Shown here: positions 20,678-33,157 of the stretch, in pieces
Position numbering within the stretch: position 1 is the stretch's first letter
How the letters are laid out: each line of letters opens with the position of its first letter
Source: Thecamonas trahens ATCC 50062
Lineage: Eukaryota; Protista; Apusomonadida
DNA: 64,000 bases
Assembly: GCF_000142905.1 (NCBI RefSeq)
Contig: NW_013657614.1
Location: 52,803 to 116,802, forward strand
Reading direction: 5' to 3'
Program-made: the position numbers and the translations under genes
The notes under the pieces: model-generated
What the model was told of the DNA's origin: nothing
Seen by the model: the letters and a program-made list of their open reading frames with translations, nothing else
Databases searched by the model: none

Positions 20678-22531
20678 ATGTCGCTCCTCTCGCCGCAGTC
20701 GTCCGAGAACACTGGCGTGGTGGGCCTCCACTCCAAGCCGACGGAAGAGCTTGCGCTGGATGCGCCCTTCCGCCCTGTCCGCTTCTCCAAGGTCTACCAC
20801 TCGCTCCAGCACAAGCCCTGGGCTGACCACTATGTCCCCTACACCGACATGGTCCGCAAGCTCGCCGCCCTTGTTTCCGTCGAAGCCGCCACTCTCTCCG
20901 AAGCCGGCGCCTCCGATCCTCCGCTCCCGCTCAATCTCATCGAGCGAGTCGCTCTGCCCGATGAGCATCCGGCCGGCGCAGATCTGGAGGAGGTCATGCC
21001 CGAGCTGGACGACGTCGACATCGATCCCGAGACAAAGAGCTTCCGCAGGTGGATCGCAGATCTCGAGGCCTCGCGCAAGGCCGTGGCTAGCTTCATCGAG
21101 GGCAATCTTGATGACCTACGCGCCTTTATTGCCCGGCGCAAGCTCCTTCTCGAGCGTATCGAGGCCGGCACAGAGCCGGCCGTCGACGACGACAGCGCCC
21201 ACGACGCCCTCGTCGACGAGCTCGCCGGTGACAACACCGTCGGCGACACTGCTGCCCGCCTCCACGAGTTTATCGACCTCAATGCTGAGGCCCTCACCCG
21301 CCTCTGTCGCTCGTACGAGGCCCTTGTCGGCACCCCGCACGAGGTTGTCCACGCCATCGAGGTCATGCAGGCCGACACCAACACTGCCATCTCCGCCCTC
21401 GTCGTCACAGACCACACCATCCGCGTCAAGCTTCTCGAGGCCCTCGTCGCCGCTCCCTCGCGCCAGTCCTCGCCCGAGCCAGCCTCGACCCCTGCGTCCT
21501 CGTCGGTGCCCACCGGCCTCGCCTGGCGCGCCGTCGACGCCGTCGTCGTCGACGAGCTCGACCTCGACTCACTCGCCCTCGGCAAGACACATAAGATCTG
21601 GGTCCGCATCATCGACACCGCCGTCGGTATTCCGCTCAAGGTCCCCGTCCTCGTCGCCCGCGGCAAGCTGCCGGGCAAGATCCTTGGCCTCACCGCTGCC
21701 CTCCATGGCAACGAGGTCAACGGCATCCCGGTCATCCAGTCTGTCTTCTCGCTCCTCAACCCTGCAAAGCTTTGTGGCACCGTCGTCGGCGTCCTCGTCG
21801 CAAACGTCGTCGGCTACGAGGAGTCCACCCGCGGCATGGGCCTCCGCGGCAAGGACCTCAACCGCTGCTTCCCCGGCCGCCCTGACGGCGACTGCGAGGC
21901 GCAGTACGTCTACTGGCTCTTCCAGAAGATCATTGCAAAGTTTGAGGTCCTCATCGACCTCCACACCGCCTCACAGGGCCGCGAGAACTCGCTCTACGTC
22001 CGCGCCTCCATGAACAACGACGAGGTCGCCGCCATCGCCCAGCTCCAAAAGTCGCAGATCATCGTCCACAACACCTCGCCCGACGGCTCGCTCCGCGCAG
22101 CCGCCATGGCCGAAGGCATCCCTGCCATCACCGTCGAAATCGGCGACTGCTCCGTCCTCCAGCCGCGCTTCGTCTCACACGCCCGCCGCGGCATCTTCAA
22201 CATCCTCTCCTACTACTCTATTATCGCTGCTCCCATTGTTTCTTACGGCGACCGCGACACCGTCGTCTGCGGCAAGTCCTCCTGGATTTACACCCCAGTC
22301 GGCGGCATGCTCCGCATCTACCCACGTCTCACCCAGTGGGTCGAGGAGGGTGAGGAAATTGCTGTCATTCGCTCTGTCTTTGGCGCTATCGTCCACCGCG
22401 TCCCCGCGCCCTGCCGCGGCATCATCATCGGCCGTGCAACAAACCCGGTCGCCCGCGCCGGCGACCGTATCGTCCACATCGGAACAGTCGTGTCCTCATT
22501 CGCCGCAGAGTCGCACGACGGCCACGAGTAG
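20678..22531 (+). CDS. SPX-like domain fused to a succinylglutamate desuccinylase/aspartoacylase (M14 AstE/AspA) Zn-hydrolase, 617 aa
   Basis: VRFSKVY...KPWADHYVPYTDMVRKL and LHEFIDLNAEALTRLCRSYE resemble the SPX first and last helices. ALHGNEVNG, DLNRCFPG, IDLHTAS and ITVEIG are intact; lipoyl-like C-terminal domain. Confidence 0.9.
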   Translation: MSLLSPQSSENTGVVGLHSKPTEELALDAPFRPVRFSKVYHSLQHKPWADHYVPYTDMVRKLAALVSVEAATLSEAGASDPPLPLNLIERVALPDEHPAGADLEEVMPELDDVDIDPETKSFRRWIADLEASRKAVASFIEGNLDDLRAFIARRKLLLERIEAGTEPAVDDDSAHDALVDELAGDNTVGDTAARLHEFIDLNAEALTRLCRSYEALVGTPHEVVHAIEVMQADTNTAISALVVTDHTIRVKLLEALVAAPSRQSSPEPASTPASSSVPTGLAWRAVDAVVVDELDLDSLALGKTHKIWVRIIDTAVGIPLKVPVLVARGKLPGKILGLTAALHGNEVNGIPVIQSVFSLLNPAKLCGTVVGVLVANVVGYEESTRGMGLRGKDLNRCFPGRPDGDCEAQYVYWLFQKIIAKFEVLIDLHTASQGRENSLYVRASMNNDEVAAIAQLQKSQIIVHNTSPDGSLRAAAMAEGIPAITVEIGDCSVLQPRFVSHARRGIFNILSYYSIIAAPIVSYGDRDTVVCGKSSWIYTPVGGMLRIYPRLTQWVEEGEEIAVIRSVFGAIVHRVPAPCRGIIIGRATNPVARAGDRIVHIGTVVSSFAAESHDGHE

Positions 22532-22572
22532 CAGCCGCCCACGACAAACATACACCCGCTTTTTGACGCTGT

Positions 22573-22574
22573 TT

Positions 22575-22606
<32 letters not shown>

Positions 22607-25600
22607 CTCGAGCCATCGCCGCTCGAGAGCTGCGAAACCGTCGACGCGACGCCAGCCGACACAACGGTGGTCGCAAACGGCGACACGCCCAAGCTGGTAA
22701 ACGGCGACGGCCCCGTGCTCACCGGTGGGGGTGGCACCAGCGTCGATGCGGGCGTCTCGATCGACACCACCGAGTCGAGCACGATGTCCGAGCCCGCTCC
22801 AACCGAAGAAACGCCTATCATCATGCCCGCAGAGTCTAGTCTCATCTCGCTGCCACCCACATGTTGCACCGGGAGCGCACTCGGCGCCAGCGTCTCGCAA
22901 ATGTACGTCACCGACACAGTATCGTCAAACATGTCGATCTGCCCTTCAAATCCCAGCTCGCCGTCTCTGGCTTGTTGCCCGTCAAACAGCTTCTCAGCCT
23001 CGGAGTTCCGCCGCCAGATCAGCACCAAGTCAATGATGTTGCCCACCACAATCGCCGCAACGTTGACGGCGATCGCCCCGATCGCCACCGTGTCGCGGAA
23101 CTCGGGCACCGCAGACGTGCCGGCCCACAGCACGCTCACGCACGATGCGAGACACACCACCGCGAGCTGGTTGTGAAAGTTCGACGCGTACGGCTTGACA
23201 TGCACGAGGTGACAAAGCGAGATGACCAGGCCGTACAGCGCTACGTTCGCCTTGACCAGCGGCGCCCGGAAAAACGTCATCGCCATCACCACGCTCACCT
23301 TGCGAACCATGATCCACACCTCGAACCGATAGTTGAGCGCTGTGAATCGGCCTACGAGGAATGCGTACCGCAGCCCAAACAGGATCTGGTCGCTCCGCCG
23401 CTGCACACGCGTCAGTAACAGGTACACCCCGCCCGGGATACCGATCGCGTACCCGAGGCAGAACACAACCGCAGGACCAAAGTAGTTCCAGTACCACACC
23501 CCGTAGCAGCTCTTCGACGGTGATGCCTCGAGCACCCACCGCCCGTCCTTGTCGCGCCGGCACTGCAGATAGCTCATCGCCATCGCCGACAGAGGTAGGT
23601 ACAGCAGCACCATCAGCTGGAGGTACGCGCGCCGGCACGCGTCACGCAGCGCACCGCCCGTAATCGCCACTGCGCGCCCCAGCCGCGGCGCAACGTGGTG
23701 CTTGTTCACCATCACGCTGCAGTAAACAATTGCAAACGGAAGGCAGAACAGTAGCGGAAGACTCACCGTCAGCCACCATTTGAGCAGCCACACGTTGTCG
23801 GTAAACGTTGCACACTCTGGCGAGCTCAGATCCAGATTGAGGTTGAAGAACGAGACCACGTTGAAAAACTGTGACGCAAAGTTCGGCCACGGCAGCTCAA
23901 ACTGCCCGTACATCGCGCTGATCTGCAGAGAGTTGAACCCGATCATCGCTGCCGCAAACCGATAGCTCAGCTCCTCCTTGGCGTTGAGCCACACCAGAAG
24001 GCCCACAAACGCCACAGCCACTACAACAAAGAACACAAGCAACGGGAGTGTCCGGTTGTCACACTTGTAGCATGTTCCGCCGAGCGCATAGTACCCGCGA
24101 TCGCACGCTCCGCACAGCCGACCGGTGTAGCCCTGGGCGCACACAAAAGGCGCGCCACCGGGGCATGCTGCCCGGTTCGGGCACTCGAGGAACACCCCGG
24201 GATCGGCCGTCGGAAAGTAGCCCGGCCGCGCCACCGGCTGCGCCCGCCCGCCTGCGCACGATGCACCTTCGGGGCACTCGACGCACGCCACATTGTCGTT
24301 GCCATTCACAGACCAGGCCCCGGGCATGCATGTGCAGTTGATTGGCTGGCCAGGCACAGGCAGAAAGCCCGGTACAACCTGCGCAAGCACCGGGCACGTC
24401 AGGCACTCGACCGCACCCGTTCCAGTCAGCACCGTCGTCGATGGGCACGCCTCGCATGGCTCAAGCGACGTCTCCGCCGAGAACGAGCCCTCGGTGCAGA
24501 GCGCACACTCAAGTACACCCGATCCGTCTTTCTGCAGCGCGCCAGAGCCTGGCAGACACGCCTGGACCACCACGCTCCCAAACACACCCGAGTTGGGCAC
24601 CACCGCCAACGGCACCGCAGACTTGCTCACCCCGATTCGCACTTCGATCGGGACGCCGACTGCTGCTCCGACTCGCGCCGCGATGCCGACGCCACCAAAC
24701 GACACGCTCGCGCTCGAAATGAGCTGCTGCACCCCGGTCCCCACAAACGCGTAGGACTCCGAGTCGCTCGCCTTGACAAAGCCCATCCCTACGTTGAGCT
24801 GCGGGTCGACAACAGTCTGACCCAATCCGTCGTATCCGCGCACGATGGCGCTTCCAGATCCCAATGGCGCACCCGATGACACTGTCTCCGGCAGGCCTGC
24901 CTCCCACTCCAGCTGCACCAGCGGCGTCGCCACCATCGGGCCGTACCCCACGCTCGCCATCACATCCGACAGTGTGTCGTTGAGCGCGCGGACGCTCGCG
25001 GCGTCCGCCCACATCCACGGCAGACCGAGCAGCTCGACTGGCGCGCTCGCCAGGCAACACTCATCGCTCCCGCGACCACAGTATCCGGCATCGGTGACGC
25101 ACGCAAAAAAGAGGCCCGATGCCGGCGCCACGTCACCGACTCGCGCACTGGTGTCAAACGTCACTTGCGTCGCACCGCCCGAGACCCGGACCGGCGATCC
25201 GCAAGCGAACCCGACCGAGCCATACACCGCCACGTTCCCGTCGAGCTGCATATCGCTCATTGCCAGCTCTCCGCGCACGCCGCACCCGATGCCTCCATGC
25301 CGCGCGCTGAGCTCCTCGTCGTCTGCAAGACGAAGCGCCTCCAGCGATGCGCTAGACGACTCGATCGCAAACCCGTTGCGGGCGAGCGGCATGACAAGGT
25401 ACTCGCTCATGCTCGTGGCACCGCCAGCACCGCCCCATGCCGCCGAATTGCCCCGCATCACGCCCGAGCTGACGCGCGCGATGCCGGTCCCGGTAACAGC
25501 CACGCCGCCGCCTATCCTCCGCGCGTAGTTCCGCTCCAGGGCCGCGCCGGTGAGATCAAACTCGGTTCCGCTACCCGTCGCAAAGCCGCCACCGCCGTGG

Positions 25601-28600
25601 ACGTCGGCAACATTGTGGGCAAGAACCAATCCGCCGCTGCTCTGCACGCTGCACCTCGCCGACTGGCTCTCGGCAGACGCAGCCAGCCCGCCGCCGCTGC
25701 CAGCGGCCGAGTTGCTGGAAATGATCATACCGCTGGCAAACGTGGCATCCACAGACGACTCGTCGAGCGCCACCAGGCCGATACCACCGCCGTTGCCGCC
25801 GCGGGCGCTGTTGTGCTCGATGAGTGCGTCACTGCCGGACAGGAACAGCTGCGCAGTACTCGAGGTGCGGACAAACAGGCCTCCGCCGGCTTCGCGCGCG
25901 GCATTGTGGGCGAACACACTGCCACTATCGACTCTCACGTTGCAGATCCCAGCAAGGAGAATCACCGACGTCGCACCGCCGCGGCGCGCAGAAGCGATCG
26001 CAGGCGACGTGCCCACCGCTGTGTTGCGCGCCAGCTCGGAGCCGCGAAGCGTGAGCGACGATGCACCGCCGGCCGACTCGAGAAAGACGCAACCGCCGGC
26101 AACCTCGGCAACATGATCGACACACGCCACTCGCTCAAACATGATCTCGACCGCAGTCCCGATCGCAGCCACTGCGCCACCAGAGTGCTCGGCCGTGTTG
26201 CTCGCAAACACGCTGTCGACTGCCTCGAGTCGGCCACCGCGCAGCAGCACTGCACCGCCAAATCCGACCACCGGCGACGCCACCGAGAGCTGGCTCGCCG
26301 TCAGCGCCGTGGCGTTAACAACCTGCACATGCTCCAGCCGCAGCGTGCCGGCGTTGACCTCGAACGCGCCGCCGCCAAACCGTTTCTCACCCGAAACCGC
26401 GCCGGTGATGACCATGTTTGCGAGCGTCAGCTCCACGTCTGCGCTCTCGATCCTAAACAGCGTCGACGCGGCCGCTACGTCCGTGTCGGGAGAACGGGTA
26501 CAGTCAATGACCACGTTACCCTCGCCACGGAGCCGGACGCTCTTGCCAACAACGTACGGCTCGCTCCAACACCCAGTGTAGCGGCCAGCCGGAAGAACAA
26601 TCGTGTCGTTGAGACCCGAGCCGGCGCGAAGAACGACCTCGCGGAGCACACAAGCGAGCGTGTATCCGCAGCCGGCAACGTCAACCCGAAAGGTGGCCGC
26701 TGGCCGCGAGAGCCGCCACATCGAGGCCATACCCGAGTAGATGACCTTCTTGTATGACCCGCCTGTCAGTACCGCCAGCCAGTCCGGGAGCCCATCGCCG
26801 TCTATGTCGGCAACAGCAATATTGTTGGCATCAGATGTCGTATCCGCCACGTCGTCGTACAGGCGGGCGACCGAGGCAAACAGCGCCGCGCCCACACCAG
26901 GATGGGTGTGGTTGAACTCGGTAGCAGCAAGCAGCGGTGACTGGTTGATGCCAAGCAGCCGTCGGCCATTCGACATAACGAGTACGTCAGGCGCGCCGTC
27001 CATATTCGCGTCGAGGATGGCAAGCGTCGCTGCTGCCGCAGCAACCTCGGGCTGTGGCGCAAATGTGCTTGTGTCCACCGTGAGGGTCGATGGATGGAGC
27101 GGTGAGAAGGACGGCAAGCTCGCACTGCCGATGTTGATCGCATATGATATGGCGCTGGCTCCGGCATCGCTCACGAGCACCACATCGACCAGCCCGTCGC
27201 TGTTGATGTCTACGAGCTCGAGGCCGGTCACAGCAAAAGCGCCCGTCGAGGCAATAGCTCCGACATACGAGACCGTCCAAGGCTCGCCGCTACCACCAGG
27301 CCCGCCTGAGATGTACGCCTCGACGGTGCCCGAGGTTGAGCAGGCAAAAACAAAGTCAAAAAGGCCATCATCAGTTAGATCGACAACCTGCATGAACCGC
27401 TCCATGGTGCAAGACGACGACCAAGAAGCCAGGACGTAGGGCGGATCAAATCGCGTCGACGAGTCGGGATTGCCGCGAAAAAATACCAGATTCTCTGACT
27501 GCTGGCCGACAACAACAAGGTCAGGCCACATGTCCGCGTCGATGGGAGCGACGCCAATGTCGTTAGCGAGTTTGAATACGCCGGTCCCATCGTCGATGAT
27601 GACATTCTGGGCAGGATCAAAGAACGGGAGCGTGCCCGAGTTGGGGATCCAGCGCATCTGATAGCCGGCGCTCGACTGGGTTGCCATCAGCAGATCCTCG
27701 CGGCCGTCCATGTCGATGTCGACCGAGCCCATCCAAGTTGCGTGGAAGCCCAAGCTGAAGACCGGGTAGCTGATAAACGCGTCGCCTCCGGTATACAGGT
27801 GGATGCGCGTTTGATCGCTGTTGTAGACAATAAGGTCGACAAGCGAGTCATGGTCCCAGTCGCCAACGACCATCGAGCGGAAGTTTCCATATCGATTGTT
27901 GTGGACGTCAATCTGGCCGCGCATTGCCGCGGGATATCCCAGATTGGTCACAGCGGCGAGGCGCGTGTCGACGCTGAGCATGACATCGAGGTAGCCGTCA
28001 GAGTTGTAGTCGGTGAGCGCAAAGCCGTCGGCGACGGCGGATGGCAGCCCAATGTCGGGCAGCGGCCGGTACGAAGTATACACGACGGGGTCGGATGGCG
28101 TGGGTGGGAGGCCAAAGAATACGGCCATCTCATGGTTGATAACGAGTACGAGGTCAAGCAGGCTGTCGTCGGCCGGGTTGAGATGCGCAACCTGGAGCTG
28201 TGCCCTTGCATTGCAAAAGGTAGCGGCTCCCATGGAGGCAACCACGATACGAAGCCCACCGTCGGCGTCGAGATTGGCAAGGCCGACGCCGCGGATGTCG
28301 AGAATGGCGATGACATCGCGGTCAGAAGTGAGAACAACGTCGCGCGAGGTGTCGCCGTCCAGATCAACGACTGTGAGCGCACCGGCGCAGGTGCCGGCTG
28401 TGGTCAGGTTGGTGGCGGCCACCTCGGTTGTTGTCACCCAGTCGATGCCGAGATAGAGCCACACGTAACTGTCGCCAAAGAGCGGCTGCCACACAACCCC
28501 AACGCCATCGGGGGCGATAAAGGTGGCGGCCACCGGGATGTCACCGACGCTCTGGGCGCGACCGACAACAAGAGCAGGAGCAAAGGCAATCGGATCGCCT

Positions 28601-30784
28601 GGCGATGCCGACGTCTCGACGTGGGTGTTGCGGAGAAGGACGACGTCACCCGAGGCGAGCGGAGAGAGAACGTCGAAATCGCCGTCTCCGTCAACATCCT
28701 GCACAAAGACGGTGCGGGCGTCATCGGCATGGACCTGCGCGATGGCATTGGGGTAGGCTGGTAGCCCAGCGCCACCGCTGGCGGTTCCAGGGCCTGCGGT
28801 GACATAGACCGAAAGCGCGCTAGGCGCGGCGTGGGAGGAGGCGACGACAAAGTCGGGCACACCATCGCCGTCAAGGTCGCCGATGGCGTTGGGCTGGCTC
28901 TGGCCGAGCGTGTCCCCGAGGATACCGACAGGGTGGCGGACTGAGAAGCGCTTGGAGTACAGCGGATCGTTGCGGAGGTAGAAGAGGGCGCGACCGGCGT
29001 TCTTACCGGTTGGCGGCCCAGCACCGAGAACGAGATCGAGGAGGCCGTCCGAGTCCATGTCGACAATCTCAAACGTAGTGGCGGAGACGTCGTAGAGCTG
29101 GGCGACAACGAGCGGCGGGTCGAGAAAGGTTGAGACTGAGGTCGAGTAGAGCGAGCAGAAGATCCAGAGGTAGCTGCCGACGCCGCACACATCGAGGTAA
29201 CCGTCATTATTGATGTCACCTAGGCGTGCGCGGTAGACATGTGCAGGCATGCCTGTGATGGCGACCTGGGTGCGGTAGTAGGTGGCGCCGGCATCGTGGC
29301 GGAGGTACTCGACTTGGTTCGGGTATGAGCGGAGGAAGACGATGTCGTCGTCGCCGTCAGCGTCGACATCGCCTACAGTGGCATCGCGCATGCGGTCATA
29401 CGAGGCAGCAAGGACAGGGGTCCCGGGCACAAAGTCGGAGGTGGGCGTAGCCGCGTCATTGATGTAGATCATGATTACGTCAGAGTCCTGCGCCGGGAGC
29501 AAGACATCGAGGTCACCGTCCGAGTCATAATCCATAAAGTGGAGTGAACCAGCCCAGCCGTAAGCGGGGGTGAGAGGCATACGGGGCCCAAAGGTACCCG
29601 GTCCGGTACCGTGCTTGAGAAAGACGTTGCCGGACTTGTCGGTGAGCCAGACAATGTCGACAAAGCCATCGGCATTGATGTCTGCGACGTCGAGGGAGCA
29701 GACCCAGCCCTCGGCCGAGTCGTACGGCTCGATGACACGGGCGGGCAACTCAAAGGTGCCGTTGCCAGTGTTGGCGAACCAGACGAGGTCGCTAGCGCCT
29801 CCAGCATCGCTGCTCTCCGAGAACCAGACGACGTCGTTGTCACCGTCGACATCGATGTCAAAAACAGAGACGGCCTGACGGTCAGAGGAGAGCACGTACG
29901 CGGGATCAAAGGCCGGGAGAGGCGGACGGGCCAGCGGCCAGCGGCCAGAAGCGACACCCTGGATGGTAAAGATGCCCTCGGTGCGTGAGATGACGACATC
30001 CGGGACGGTATCATTGTTGAGATCGCCGGCCCATGCGTCATGCAGCGCGACGGCGGAGACATCTCCGGGCGCCTTGTACCACGGCTGCGCAAAGACGTCA
30101 CCCATACGCGCAGCTGGCCCCATTTCCCGGGTCAGGCAGCCTGCGAGCTGGTCCGCCGGCTCGGCAACATCGTACTGCGGCGCAGCACCAGGTGGGATGG
30201 GCGGGCCAGAGCTTGGAGCGCTGGTGTAAGGCGAGCCGGAGGGAATGAACGAGAGGCCGCGGCTGTTGTGGATGCCGAGATCTGTCCGGCCGTCGCAGTC
30301 GATGTCGACAGCAGTGGCAAACACACGCTCCTCCCAGTACAAGCTGGCAGAGACCACCGGTGTCAACAGATCACCATACATGGCGGGAGGGGTTGTCGGC
30401 GACTGGATTCAAGCGGGTCGCCGTCCATACAGAGACCCAACCCCGTCCGCACATCGATCCCGTGCGCAAATCGGGCCACATATCATTCCCGTTTGCAATG
30501 GTCCCACATCAATTAGTTCCTTCGACAGCGTACCGGTGCCACACACACGCACACGCACACACATAGAGAGAGAGACAGACAGACGAACACACACTTCCCC
30601 ATTGCCACCGAAGCAGAGACTGGGCAGAAAGCGGGCAGGTGGTTGGAGGGGATTAACTGGACTTTGGCCACAGACGGTCAATTTGGCAACGTACGCTGGC
30701 AGAGCAGACGGCGACCGACAAGACGACCATAGCCGCCACAGCCACCACCAGCACACGCAACTGGGTGATACTGGAGTGAGGCAT
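22573..30784 (-). CDS. Second giant FG-GAP/beta-helix/Cys-rich/multi-TM receptor-like protein; join(30784..30695,30402..22573), about 2640 aa
   Basis: 2602-aa ORF with about 20 DxDxDG repeats, GGA[IV] beta-helix repeats, CAQGYTGRLCGACDRGYY and a TM region (RYAFLVGRF..FEVWIMVRK, KPY). Upstream signal-peptide exon MPHSSITQLRVLVVAVAAMVVLSVAVCSAS with a GTACGT donor and an in-frame TCCAG acceptor. Confidence 0.9.
30403..30694 (-). other. Predicted phase-0 intron, 292 nt
   Basis: GTACGT donor, ACTAAT branch-like motif near 30512-30517, first AG downstream of it ends at 30403. Confidence 0.7.
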
Positions 30785-31097
30785 GGGAATGGAGATAGAG
30801 AGAGAGTGTGTGTGGGGTGTGGGTGGGGGGGGGGGCGGTGAGAGGAAGGAGGGGGAAGGAAGGAAGGTGTGTGAGCGGTGTGTTGCCGTGAAATGGCTTT
30901 CCGCGCGGTGACAACGTGAACGTTGCATGGTTACGGGACAACAATTTTATGGATTTTTCAAGGGAAGGGGTGTACTCTCTGATGTCCTGCCTCAGGCTAG
31001 CTACCAGCCACGGTTTGGCAATCGCGCCACTTGAGAGCGACACACTGCCAGATGCAGTCATCGCAGTGCGCTTCGACGTGATGCTGCGACGGCAATA

Positions 31098-33157
31098 TCA
31101 CATGGCTTGGTGGTCAAAGACAGCGACGCGGAGGGGAGAGGCGGCGGAAGGATCGCCGCCGGGAAGGTGGACATAGTAGGTGACAAGGTGGGTGAGCGGG
31201 GTGGCGCCGGTGCCGGCGTGGGTGAGGACGAGGCGGAAGCCAAACTTGGAGTAGGCAAGCGAGTCGGCTGCGAGCCGGGGAGTGAGGTGGACGAGGACGG
31301 TAGCGCGGTGGCGCGAGCGCGAGGCGATGAGTTCGGGCGTGTCGTCTGTCCGCAAGTCGGACTCATCAGGATCAAACATGTCCAGCTCGGCGAGGTCGAC
31401 GCGCGCCTCGAGGTGTGTGGAGCCGCCTGCCGCAAAGGTGGCGTCGAGCGTGGGCGGAAAGGCTGCCGAGTGAAGCCGTGATGTCGGGTCGTGCAGCCGG
31501 CCCGACGGCGAGAGCTCGATGTCGTCGGGCAGGTCGCCAGCGAGCGGGAGGAGCCGCACACCCACAACCTCGTCGAGCGGGTTGGCCAGCGAGAGGCGGA
31601 CAACGACAGGAGTCTGGGGCGGTGTGCTGGCGAGCGCCGCGAGCAAGCCGGCGTGGTCTAGCGGCTGTGCAAGCTCGGCCCACGGTAGGTACTCGAGGGC
31701 GGTCTGATGGATCTTGAACTTGACCGACGACGGCGAGATGTCCGGCCGGATGAGAATGCGCTCGCAACCGTTGCAGCGGATGCGACGGCGAACGCGCAGC
31801 CGCCGGCGAAGCGGCATGAGGTCGGCAAAACGCCGCGGCTGGGCGTGAACGTTGGCATGGCGCTGGGTGAGCGACGAGAGCGAGGCGAGATCGTCGACAG
31901 CGCCGGCTTCGCCCGCCATGACCGCGTACGGGTCGCGGACACAGGCCGGACGCGCGGCGGCGCGCGCAGCGTTCACCACGGCGCGGAACTGAGCGTCTTC
32001 GGCATCTTCGCGCTTCTTGCGCTCAGCGGCGCGGACGGCGCGCGCTTCCTCTTCGTCCCTCCGCAGCAGCGGCAGCGGCTGCGCGTGCGCGCGCTCCCAT
32101 GTCAGCGGCAGCGCATCGCCATCGTGGTCGCTCNNNNNNNNNNNNNNNNNNNNNNNNNNNNNNNNNNNNNNNNNNNNNNNNNNNNNNNNNNNNNNNNNNN
32201 NNNNNNNNNNNNNNNNNNNNNNNNNNNNNNNNNCTCGCCGTCGTCGTCACCGTCGTCGTCGTCGTCGGAGAAGCCCATCATCTCAGACTTGATGACGGTC
32301 TTGCGCTCAAGGGCGAGGCCGTCGTAGGCGTAGCGCAGCGGCGGGTTGACGGCACCCTCGCCGTACTGCACCCACCGGCCCATCTCCTGGTGTTTCTCCT
32401 GCATCCTGCGCTCGACAGCAAGGACGGTGATGGGCTCATGCGGGACGAGCCGCGTCGGCCCGGGCAGCTCGATAGGCAAGTCGGCGGCGAGTTCGACCGA
32501 GGCCTCGTTGGGGAAGCGGATGGTGTCGCTGGGCGCCGGCTCGCCGCCGACCGGAGTCGAGGTACCCGAGCCGAGGCCCTCGAGTAGATGCGACATGTCC
32601 TTGGACGACGCGTTGCGGTCGAGCAGGCCGCGCTTGAGCAAGCGCTTCGACCGCTCTGCAGCCTTGGCCGTGTCGCGGGCAGCGCGCTGGTAGGCGTCGA
32701 CAAGGGCAGCAAAGCCCGGAGCATCAGCCGCCGCACGCTGCTTCTTAACCGAGTCGAGGATGAGAACATCCGGCTTGGGATGTGCCAGACCGAGATCAAG
32801 CGAGGACCATGCGCAGAAGGGGCAGACAAGGGCGTGGATGCCATCGGCGAGTTGATCTGCATCAAGGGCGAGATGTGCGAGCGGAGCATGATGGAGATCA
32901 TTGGGCGGAATGTGGAGAGTGGTGAGGGCAGCGGAGCATGCAGGGCACTCGAAGCACTTTGAGCATCTGTTGGCAAAGAGAGCAGCATCACCAGCAGCCA
33001 TCGAGTCGAGACAGTTGGGACAGTAGAAGGACTCGACCGAGGTGGTGGTGCAGAGCGAGCAGACCGTGGCTGTGCAGGTGGCGCAAAAGTAGGCCTCGTC
33101 CACCTCTGCATGCGCCCCACACCCACATTCTACCCGTGTCCCTGCGTATACATCCAT
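31098..33157 (-). CDS. DCTN4: Dynactin subunit 4 (p62), interrupted by a 100-N gap
   Basis: YFCATC...CSLC...FYCPNCL...NRCSKCFECPAC...CPFCAWSS before the gap; LTQRH...PLRRRLRVRRRIRCNGCERILIRPD...FKI...ALEYLP, LANPLD after it. The frame change across the gap is an artefact of the placeholder length. Confidence 0.93.

Noticed and set aside
11675-30784. Calling the FG-GAP proteins integrin alpha chains
   Set aside because: Multi-pass C-termini, no thigh/calf layout and no GFFKR motif.
32134-32233. DCTN4 as two genes or a pseudogene
   Set aside because: The frame break coincides with a 100-N placeholder gap of unknown true length.
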